Sequence record: SRR31156797_986
Reading direction: 5' to 3' (one strand)
Length of the DNA: 20,000 bases
Numbering within the stretch: position 1 is the stretch's first letter; every line of letters starts with the position of its first letter. A program made the translations under genes and the position numbers. This document shows positions 1 to 7,560 of this stretch, one piece after another. The notes below the pieces were generated by a model. The model saw only the letters and a list, made by a program, of their open reading frames with translations. It was not told the DNA's origin and did not search any database.

Positions 1-2
1 CG

Positions 3-893
3 GATAATACATATTGTAGCTGGTTTATCGACCCGCAAATAGCAACCGATTCAGTAACATCAATAACATTAAGTTTCGATAAATTCGATACAGAACCTGA
101 TAATGATTATGTTTCGATTTTTGATGTTTTAACAGATGGTAGTTTAGTTCCTATAGTTACTTTATCCGGTCATGAAATGCCGGGATCGTACACTTCAACA
201 GGAAATAAAATGTTGGTTACCTTTACAACAAACGATACGGCAACCGGGGCTGGCTTTGTAGCAAGTTATCATAGTAGTATACCTGTGTATTGTAATGGAC
301 TAGAATATCATACTGAAGAATCAGGTACTTTTTCAGATGGTAGTGGTAGTTTCAATTATTGTTCCAATTCAACCTGTATGTGGAGTATTGAACCGGAGAT
401 GGCTTCGTCAGTAACCGTACATTTTAATTATTTTGAAACAGAAGAGGATAACGATGTGCTAAAAATATATGAAGATAATACAGTCATTGGAACCTATTCT
501 GGATCCGAAATACCACCTGATATTACAGCTGAAAGCGGTAAAATGTTTATCACCTTTCTAACAAACAGTACCAATAATTATAATGGCTGGGAGATTGAAT
601 ATTTTGTTACCGGAGTTGATATTGAAGAAACATCAGCTATGGGTAATACATTTAATGTATTTCCAAATCCAATCATAGACTTTGTTAATATTCGAATTAA
701 TCAGAAAATGACAAGAGGTACATCAATTATAATGCATGATGTATTTGGACAAATTATGCTTGAATATCTGTTAGAAGACGTTAACGGACCTACTGAAATT
801 GAATTAGATTGTTCATCTTTTACTCAAGGGTTATATTTGATTAGCATGAAAAATGAGTCTCAAGTTTTCACAAAAAAAGTAATACTAGAGTAA
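3..893 (+). CDS. T9SS-secreted protein with tandem CUB domains (5'-truncated by the window edge)
   Basis: The frame is open from position 3 (DNTYCSWFIDPQ...ITLSFDKFDTEPDNDYVSIFD...SGHEMPGSYTSTGNKMLVTFTTN..GAGFVASY, a CUB repeat). A second CUB repeat follows (NSTCMWSIEP...FNYFETEEDNDVLKIY...GKMFITFLTN...GWEIEY), then a T9SS type A CTD (VFPNP...GLYLISM...TKKVILE). The ATG at 177 is internal. Confidence 0.85.
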   Translation, partial: DNTYCSWFIDPQIATDSVTSITLSFDKFDTEPDNDYVSIFDVLTDGSLVPIVTLSGHEMPGSYTSTGNKMLVTFTTNDTATGAGFVASYHSSIPVYCNGLEYHTEESGTFSDGSGSFNYCSNSTCMWSIEPEMASSVTVHFNYFETEEDNDVLKIYEDNTVIGTYSGSEIPPDITAESGKMFITFLTNSTNNYNGWEIEYFVTGVDIEETSAMGNTFNVFPNPIIDFVNIRINQKMTRGTSIIMHDVFGQIMLEYLLEDVNGPTEIELDCSSFTQGLYLISMKNESQVFTKKVILE

Positions 894-973
894 TATATTT
901 TTGCAAGTTCATCAAATGCATAAATACTTCTCATGCAAAAGAGAATAACTGCTCTCGAATAAACCATTCATGC

Positions 974-2620
974 ATGATTTCTATGAGAAACAGGATAAAA
1001 AAGCAATTGCTCAATGAGTTTGGAAAAACTAAAGAAGATTTTTTTCATTTCGGACTTATTGAGCAATACTTTAGAAAAAAGGATCATTCAAAAGCTTTTT
1101 GCATATTGTGGGATAAAACATGTAATGACCTATATTTTGATGAGTTATTTATGTTTGTTGACAGGACAAGCTCAAAAGTTGGACAGCAGTACCTATATAA
1201 CAAATTAAGAATTATACCATCATCAGCCGAAGATGCTACATATGAAGATCTGATTAATGAACTGTCAGATAATAAAGACTTAAGGGTAAAGATTCAATCA
1301 TTACTTCACAAACTGAATACCAATGATGTATATTATGTATCATCACTGTTTCAGGATGAATATGTAAAACCTCCAAAGTGGTTTTTTGTAACAAGGCTCT
1401 TGTCGCTTACCAGTATAGCTCTCCTAATTATGCTATTGATTAACACTAAGCTATTTCTGGTCTTACTTAGTGTTTTTATTGTAAATATTTGGTTCCATTA
1501 TCGTAACAAGAAGAACCTGTATTTATATTTAGGTTCACTACCTCAATTGTTGAAGTTAAACTATGTTGCGAAAAAACTTTATAAATACAGCATATTTAAA
1601 CAGCTTAATCCAAGCCTAATGGAATCAAGCAGGGTTATTGACAAAATGAAAAACCGTATGTCATTTTTCAGGCTTGAAGCAAGTATCCAGGGCGAAGCTG
1701 AAATGGTGGGCTGGGCAATTCTTGAGCTAATTAAAATACTTTTTCTATTTGAGCCTTTATTGTTGTTTGGAATACTTCGAAAACTTGACAATAAAAGAAA
1801 AGAGCTTAACAATATTTTCGAATTTGTGGGTTTGGTTGACACCCTGATTTCGATTGCCTCACTAAGAAATGGGTTACATAATTATTGTATTCCAACTATA
1901 ATAAATAAGAATAAACTAACTACGGATGATGTTTATCATCCACTAATAGAAGATTGTATTGAAAACAACATTAGCTTAAATAATAGGTCCATTTTGCTTA
2001 CTGGTTCAAACATGTCAGGAAAAACTACATTTATCAGAACCATTGGAATAAATGTTATTACAGGGTTAACAATAAACACATGCTTTGCCAGTCAATTTAC
2101 AATGCCTAGATTAAGGGTATTATCAGCCATCAGAATAAGTGATGATTTATTAAATGACAGAAGTTACTACTTTGAGGAAGTATTAACCATTAAAGAAATG
2201 ATTGATAAAAGCAGTAATGACATCCCAAATTTATTTTTATTAGACGAGATCTTTAAAGGAACTAATACCATAGAAAGAATTTCGGCTGGAAAAGCTGTTC
2301 TTTCAACACTTTCGAAAAGCAAAAACATTGTTTTTGTTTCGACACATGACATTGAATTAACAGATATGTTGTCTGATGAATATCAACTATATCATTTCAG
2401 CGAAATTGTAAAAGACAATAACGTGGATTTTGATTATAAATTAAAACAAGGTAAACTAAAAAACAGAAATGCAATACGGATTCTTCAAATTAATAATTAT
2501 CCAAATGATTTGATAGATGAAGCAATTGAAATTTCTGAAAAACTGGATAAAATCACTGGAGCTAATACTTACTTAACCAATCACAAAAAAACACTATCAA
2601 ATTATTTCGAATTGAAATAA
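974..2620 (+). CDS. MutS-related ATPase (domain V only) with N-terminal membrane segments; not a canonical mismatch-repair MutS1
   Basis: Walker A LTGSNMSGKTT, Walker B LFLLDEIFKGTN, the STHD motif, YHPLI and a C-terminal DYKLKQG..RNAIRIL all fit MutS domain V. Hydrophobic stretches LLSLTSIALLIMLLINTKLFLVLLSVFIVNIWF and ILELIKILFLFEPLLLFGIL. The start may instead be the ATG at 983. Confidence 0.85.
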   Translation: MISMRNRIKKQLLNEFGKTKEDFFHFGLIEQYFRKKDHSKAFCILWDKTCNDLYFDELFMFVDRTSSKVGQQYLYNKLRIIPSSAEDATYEDLINELSDNKDLRVKIQSLLHKLNTNDVYYVSSLFQDEYVKPPKWFFVTRLLSLTSIALLIMLLINTKLFLVLLSVFIVNIWFHYRNKKNLYLYLGSLPQLLKLNYVAKKLYKYSIFKQLNPSLMESSRVIDKMKNRMSFFRLEASIQGEAEMVGWAILELIKILFLFEPLLLFGILRKLDNKRKELNNIFEFVGLVDTLISIASLRNGLHNYCIPTIINKNKLTTDDVYHPLIEDCIENNISLNNRSILLTGSNMSGKTTFIRTIGINVITGLTINTCFASQFTMPRLRVLSAIRISDDLLNDRSYYFEEVLTIKEMIDKSSNDIPNLFLLDEIFKGTNTIERISAGKAVLSTLSKSKNIVFVSTHDIELTDMLSDEYQLYHFSEIVKDNNVDFDYKLKQGKLKNRNAIRILQINNYPNDLIDEAIEISEKLDKITGANTYLTNHKKTLSNYFELK

Positions 2621-2696
2621 TACTTTAATTGTCAAAATGAGATGAAGTTTTCAAATTGCAAAAGCTCTCAAATTGTCAGGAAAAATTCTTGATTGT

Positions 2697-2763
2697 AATC
2701 GCTAAATTCAGTTAAAAACGGCGAATTAAATCGCTGAATTCAGTCAAAATTCGCGATTTGATT
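2697..2763. repeat. Imperfect tandem 32-bp duplication; the second copy folds into a long hairpin
   Basis: 2697-2728 AATCGCTAAATTCAGTTAAAAACGGCGAATTA and 2729-2760 AATCGCTGAATTCAGTCAAAATTCGCGATTTG are 25/32 identical. Hairpin AAATCGC-T-GAATT/AATTC-GCGATTT at 2728-2759. Confidence 0.6.
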
Positions 2764-3024
2764 ATTGGTTTCATTTGAAAATAAATGATTGATGAGTAAC
2801 AAAATTCCGATTGCTGATCAATCCAGGTAGCGAAAGTTGCCGGGGTTTTTTTTCGCTGGTTAACTCTGACGGGATTCTCCTGGGGTAATGCTTTCGGTAG
2901 AAATTCTGTAAGTGATTCCAATCTTCCCAAATACCTGTTTCATTTTCCCTTTTGTAGATTTTTATCGATGATATTCTGTACTTTTACGCTTTGAAATTCA
3001 CTCAATAAACTAAAGTACAATACA

Positions 3025-5538
3025 ATGAAAAACCTCGTTACCTCTCTCATCGCTGTATTCTTGTTTTCTCTTTCCTTTGCCCAAACCCAAAACATCAACC
3101 CCGATCCCAATGGCGATCCATGGATTGTTGGCGGCTTGCGTGAATTAACTCCCGAAGACTACCAGATGCTCTCCAAAGTGCCGCAGTGGGAACCGGAAAA
3201 TCCGGCCAACGCGGAAAACCTGCCACTTCAGGTTGACAACACCACCAACGTATGGTTCAGGCCTATCTTTTCGCAAAGTGGCGGATCGTGCGGACAGGCC
3301 AGTGGAGTAGGGTATAATTTCACCTATGAAATTGATTACGAAAGGCAGATTCCGGCCAATACTCCACAAAATCAATATCCAACCCATTACACCTGGAACT
3401 TCCTGAATGGTGGTGTAGGCAATGGCTCCTGGTATTTCGACGGATGGATGATCATTCGTGAGGGTGGTTGCCCAACGGTTTATGATTATGGCGGTATAGC
3501 TTACGGTGGTGAATCCCGCTGGATGAGCGGCTACGAATATTATTACAATGCCATGCACAACCGTACAGCCGGTTTTTGGGCCATCGACGTGAGCACGCAT
3601 GAAGGCCTCGAAACATTGAAGCAATGGCTCTATTCGCGTGATGGCGGCACACTGCCCGGCGGACTGGCCAACTTTGGCGCAGGCATTGGTGCGTCAACAC
3701 AGGGTTATCTACCATCAGGCACACACAATGCCGGCGACCCGGTAATCACCCAGTGGGGAACTACCTCAGACCACGCCATGACTTTTGTGGGTTACGACGA
3801 CGAAATTGTTTACGACTACAACAACGATGGCCAGTACACCGATGACATCGACATCAACAACGATGGTGTGGTTGACCTGCGCGACTGTGAAGTTGGCGGT
3901 TTGCTCATGGCCAACTCCTGGGGCCCTGGGTGGGGCATGTCAGGCAAAGCCTGGGTGATGTACAAACTCCTGGCTGATCCCATCGAGGAAGGCGGAATTT
4001 GGGCCAATGCGGTTCACCTTGTACAGGCCAAAGCCGAAGCCGAGCCGATACTCACCTTTAAAACGACGATCACCCACAGTTCAAGGAATAAAATCAAAAT
4101 CATGGCCGGTGTATCGTCAGATCCGGAATCAGCACAGCCTGAATATGTGAAGTCATTCCCCATGTTCAATTACCAGGGTGGAGATTTTTACATGCAGGGC
4201 GGATATTCGCAATCGGACAAAACCATCGAAATAGGCCTGGACATTACCGATCTTTTAACCTATGTGGAACCGGATGAAGAAGCCCGTTTCTTTTTACAAA
4301 TTGTAGAACAGGACCCATATGGCCAGGGCGAAGGTGAAATCGTGAGCCTGTCGTTGATGGACTATTCGGATGGAGCAGTTGAAGTTGAGAGCGCCATGCA
4401 GAATGTGACCATTGCCAACAGCGATACCACACTGATCTGGGTGAATAAAGCAGTGGATTTTGATAAAGTGGAAATCACCACCCAGGAACTGGAGGCCGGA
4501 GTGGCCGGTGAACCTTACAGCCAGCAACTTGAAGCTGCCAGCGGAACGCCACCATATAATTGGTCGTTAAAATTGGAATATACCGAAGAACAAATCACGG
4601 AAGCCTATCCGTCTATCGAGACAAACCAGCTTGAAACTACAAGCGATGATGATGGTTTTGGAGTTCTACCCCTGGATTTCGATTTCTTCTTTTATGGCGA
4701 AACCTACAACGAATTAACCGTGCTCACCGATGGTGCCATTACCTTCGACGGCAACTTCAGCTATATACGTGACGACGGCGCCATTTCAGGCAATAAATGT
4801 CTGGCAGCATATTGTTCTGATTTGATGATCTATCCTTCACAGGGTGACGGCATCTTTTACGAAGGTGACGAAAACTCGATGACCATCCGTTGGGTTACTT
4901 CCAAATATGATGAGCCTTCATTTGATGTGGATGTTGCCGCTAAGCTTTTCCCTGATGGTACCATTCAGTTTTTCTATGGTGATGATATCTCAACGTCACC
5001 GGATTGGGGCTCCGGAATTTCAGTGGGCGATGGGGATAATTTCCTGATCACCTCCATTTCAGGGGTTGTGAATCCACCATCGGATTTCGTGGCAACCATA
5101 CAGAGTACTCCGTTCCCGATCGGAATGGATATTACCACCGACGGAATTTTTCAGGGTACACCCCAGGAGATTGGCTGGATGTGGGATATTCCTTTTAAAG
5201 TTACGGATGATAACCGCATCTCGAATCTGAAAACGTTGTCGTTTTATACACTGCCAACCGGATTGCCCGAGCAGGGCGAAGAAGATGATTATGTTGCTGT
5301 TTCGCCCAATCCTTTTAAAAGCCATTTTGAATTGAAAACAACCAAAAACGGGATCTATCATTTCCGGCTTTTGGATATCACCGGGAAACTGGTAAGCGAT
5401 GTATTCAGCGGGCATATTTATGCTGGCCAAGGGTTTAAATGGGATGCTGCACATTACAGCCTGAAGCCGGGGGTGTATTTCCTGCATTGGAATTCAACCC
5501 ATGGTTCCGGGGTTCAGAAGATGATTCTGGCTGAATAG
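3025..5538 (+). CDS. T9SS-secreted papain-family (peptidase C1A-like) cysteine protease with Ig-like/accessory domains
   Basis: Signal peptide MKNLVTSLIAVFLFSLSFA. Putative oxyanion/catalytic QSGGSCG (Q84, C89), DHAMTFVGYDD (H250) and ANSWGPGWG (N297). C-terminal T9SS CTD (VSPNPF...PGVYFL...QKMILAE). Confidence 0.85.
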   Translation: MKNLVTSLIAVFLFSLSFAQTQNINPDPNGDPWIVGGLRELTPEDYQMLSKVPQWEPENPANAENLPLQVDNTTNVWFRPIFSQSGGSCGQASGVGYNFTYEIDYERQIPANTPQNQYPTHYTWNFLNGGVGNGSWYFDGWMIIREGGCPTVYDYGGIAYGGESRWMSGYEYYYNAMHNRTAGFWAIDVSTHEGLETLKQWLYSRDGGTLPGGLANFGAGIGASTQGYLPSGTHNAGDPVITQWGTTSDHAMTFVGYDDEIVYDYNNDGQYTDDIDINNDGVVDLRDCEVGGLLMANSWGPGWGMSGKAWVMYKLLADPIEEGGIWANAVHLVQAKAEAEPILTFKTTITHSSRNKIKIMAGVSSDPESAQPEYVKSFPMFNYQGGDFYMQGGYSQSDKTIEIGLDITDLLTYVEPDEEARFFLQIVEQDPYGQGEGEIVSLSLMDYSDGAVEVESAMQNVTIANSDTTLIWVNKAVDFDKVEITTQELEAGVAGEPYSQQLEAASGTPPYNWSLKLEYTEEQITEAYPSIETNQLETTSDDDGFGVLPLDFDFFFYGETYNELTVLTDGAITFDGNFSYIRDDGAISGNKCLAAYCSDLMIYPSQGDGIFYEGDENSMTIRWVTSKYDEPSFDVDVAAKLFPDGTIQFFYGDDISTSPDWGSGISVGDGDNFLITSISGVVNPPSDFVATIQSTPFPIGMDITTDGIFQGTPQEIGWMWDIPFKVTDDNRISNLKTLSFYTLPTGLPEQGEEDDYVAVSPNPFKSHFELKTTKNGIYHFRLLDITGKLVSDVFSGHIYAGQGFKWDAAHYSLKPGVYFLHWNSTHGSGVQKMILAE

Positions 5539-5565
5539 AAGAAATTGCCAATTTTTCGGAGTGAA

Positions 5566-6828
5566 TTAAAGCTTTAGAATTTTCTTTGTGCAAACCCCTT
5601 TCGCAAATTTAATTCTGACCAGGTAAATACCCTTTTGATAAGTTGTCATATCCAGGCTGATTTGATCCCGGATATTGCCCTGGCTGAATAGGAGGGTTTG
5701 GTTGGTGTCGTAAATTTCGATATCGCAGAGTTCACTTGTAACTATGGTGGCTTTGTTTAACACCGGATTGGGGAAAATACGCACAAACTCTGTTTTACTT
5801 GTTTGCCCTGAAATTGCAGTATAAAGGCCTGTAGAATTCTTAAATATTAATTCTTTGCGATACCATAGTTTTTCTAAATCAGGTTTCCAGGCAGAAAGAT
5901 AGGCTGTACAATCATTAACGCATTGGAAATCTATAATACCTGCCACCATTTGGCTTTCCAGGTCTGCCTCAAGATCCCACGTATAGCCACCATCATTTGT
6001 ACGAAAAATTTGGAGTCCCCGGCTTGTAATGCCATTTTGGCTATTATAAAAACTGATTTTGGAAATATTATTAAGTTCTGAAGAAATTGAAGTCCAGGAT
6101 TCACCTGCATCCTCTGACTTGTAAATCAGATCATTATATGCGCAAATAAACATCAATGAATCTGAAATAATATCAAAGTCTGTAATCTTGTGGGTAGAAT
6201 CTACCAATACCGGTGACCAGTTTTGCCCGCCATCTGCAGTTCTGAATACCTTGCCCGGATACCCATTATTGTGGATGAATCCGATCTGTGTATTCAAAAA
6301 GTGCATTTTATCTTTTCCAATTGCCTGAGGAAGCGTGTCCACCAGTGTAACTTCTCCATTCGTAATCCTGTAAAACAGGTTGCCGTTCGAACCAAATCCT
6401 TTACTGCCGTTAACGAAACATAAATGTTTCGGCCCGTCACCTTCAGAAATGGTTTCCCACCCCTCCCCCCGAATCCATCTTGCAAAACGTATTGTAGCAG
6501 ACATATTCCAGGTAGCGTATCCGGTATCCGGACATGGAAAATCGGCATCATACAGTGGGCCAATTCCCCATCCACCCATTCCTAAAATGGCTTGCCAATT
6601 GGCGCCATCATCAATTGTTCTTCGTATTGTAAATTCAGGTTGACCGCTGGGACTTGGAGGTGAATAATTTGTTGTGTAAAAAATGATGCTGTCATCAAGA
6701 AAGTCTACATTTGCGTAAGGCTGATCCATATCAACAGTTCTGATTGTTCTGATTAATTCCCACTGGCCGTAGGTTTGGATGGAGAATAAGATAAGGGTTA
6801 AAAGGATAATGGATTTAACTGCCTTCAT
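5566..6828 (-). CDS. T9SS-secreted BNR/Asp-box (YCF48-like) beta-propeller protein
   Basis: Signal peptide MKAVKSIILLTLILFSIQTYG. Asp-box repeats RTIDDGANW, RTADGGQNW, KSEDAGESW and RTNDGGYTW. T9SS CTD IFPNPV...KGIYLVRI...TKKILKL. An alternative start is at 6837. Confidence 0.85.
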   Translation of the reverse strand: MKAVKSIILLTLILFSIQTYGQWELIRTIRTVDMDQPYANVDFLDDSIIFYTTNYSPPSPSGQPEFTIRRTIDDGANWQAILGMGGWGIGPLYDADFPCPDTGYATWNMSATIRFARWIRGEGWETISEGDGPKHLCFVNGSKGFGSNGNLFYRITNGEVTLVDTLPQAIGKDKMHFLNTQIGFIHNNGYPGKVFRTADGGQNWSPVLVDSTHKITDFDIISDSLMFICAYNDLIYKSEDAGESWTSISSELNNISKISFYNSQNGITSRGLQIFRTNDGGYTWDLEADLESQMVAGIIDFQCVNDCTAYLSAWKPDLEKLWYRKELIFKNSTGLYTAISGQTSKTEFVRIFPNPVLNKATIVTSELCDIEIYDTNQTLLFSQGNIRDQISLDMTTYQKGIYLVRIKFAKGVCTKKILKL

Positions 6829-6848
6829 GATTGTCATTTTTTTATATA

Positions 6849-6879
6849 CAAAACTAAGTAATCTTAGTCAGAAAGCAAA
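6849..6879 (-). promoter_or_regulatory. Bacteroidota housekeeping sigma promoter for the BNR protein gene
   Basis: The minus strand reads TTTG (6879-6876), a 19-nt spacer, then TAGTTTTG (6856-6849), matching the TTTG-N19-21-TAnnTTTG consensus. Confidence 0.7.
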
Positions 6880-7021
6880 CTACTTTTCGTTTTCCAGGGA
6901 ACTTGCTAATTACCTTTTACAACTCACCAATCACTTTATTTAATCTGCAGTTCCTTAATAGAAATCTTAGCGAGGCCTGGCTTGTCCGTAAAAAGGTAAA
7001 TGAGACTTAAAACAATTTTTA

Positions 7022-7029
7022 TAGCTTTG
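7022..7029 (+). promoter_or_regulatory. Bacteroidota -7 promoter element for the leader/RND operon
   Basis: TAGCTTTG matches TAnnTTTG and ends 15 nt before ATG 7045. The -33 position reads AATG, a weak match. Confidence 0.55.
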
Positions 7030-7044
7030 CAGGCTATTAAAATT

Positions 7045-7467
7045 ATGCCACAACGATTTCCCGAAATACTGATCAATGTTTTTATGGGGTTGGTCCTGCT
7101 GACGCACATGGTAGTTCCTCACCATCATCACAACGATACCATTTGTGTGATTGAAAGCCATTGCGATGTCACCAAAGATTCGGATGATCATACGAACCAC
7201 AAACATGATGGGCAGGAAGTTCAGTATTGTGCATTGAAAGATCCGGCGGTACTTAATTCAGGCAGAATAACTCCTCTGGTGAAGAACTTTACAATTTTTT
7301 CAAAATTCCACGGCCCGGAACATGATTTGGTTTTATTCTCCAGCAATATTTCACTTACAAATCTTTATAGCAACAATAACCCACCTGGAATATTACCCAC
7401 GCCGGTAATTCGGCATTCCCGGCCCTTATACGGTGCATCAGGGTTGCGTGCCCCTCCTGTTGTTTAG
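7045..7467 (+). CDS. His/Cys-rich leader protein (DUF6769-like) ending in a RAPP ribosome-arrest-type motif
   Basis: N-terminal hydrophobic segment (ILINVFMGLVLLTHMVV), then PHHHHNDTIC..SHC...DDHTNHKH...YC, then a low-complexity spacer and C-terminal GLRAPPVV*. Start 7045 is preferred over 7000 because the -7 promoter element lies between them. The DUF assignment is from recall. Confidence 0.75.
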   Translation: MPQRFPEILINVFMGLVLLTHMVVPHHHHNDTICVIESHCDVTKDSDDHTNHKHDGQEVQYCALKDPAVLNSGRITPLVKNFTIFSKFHGPEHDLVLFSSNISLTNLYSNNNPPGILPTPVIRHSRPLYGASGLRAPPVV

Positions 7468-7553
7468 TTTCCCGTTTTTTTTGCAATTCTTCAATAGCTC
7501 TGTCGATGGATGGATTGCATCATTTTTATCTTTTAATAGAAAACTAAACGATG
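7458..7553 (+). promoter_or_regulatory. Predicted mRNA structure linking the leader stop codon to the initiation region of the efflux adaptor gene
   Basis: TGTTGTTTAGTTT (7458-7470) pairs with AAACTAAACGATG (7541-7553): 9 consecutive Watson-Crick pairs plus 4 more, three of them G-U. Inner stem TGCAATTC (7482-7489)/GGATTGCA (7512-7519). Confidence 0.55.
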
Positions 7554-7560
7554 ATTTACA

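Noticed and set aside
2550-2700. Possible integron attC-like site after the AT-rich MutS-like gene
   Set aside because: No matched RYYYAAC/GTTRRRY pair enclosing a proper imperfect stem, and no integrase in the window.
2712-2943. Minus-strand ORFs 2712-2930 (72 aa) and 2860-2943 (27 aa, MKQVFGKIGITYRISTESITPGESRQS)
   Set aside because: No recognisable motifs. The longer one has a non-ATG start and runs through repeat/hairpin sequence. Neither can be supported as a gene.
2946-2961. Exact 16-nt match TCCCTTTTGTAGATTT also found at 18559-18574
   Set aside because: T-rich and of a length that can arise by chance in 20 kb. No integrase, tRNA or other sign that it bounds an island.
3841-3849. GATGACATC core (also GATGTCATC at about 9911) matching the REP doublet core
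   Set aside because: These are isolated 9-mers inside coding sequence (Asp-Asp-Ile and Asp-Val-Ile codons) with no partner arm.
7000-7044. Longer start (ATG 7000) for the His-rich leader
   Set aside because: A TAnnTTTG promoter element (7022-7029) lies inside this extension, and ATG 7045 puts the hydrophobic segment at the N-terminus.
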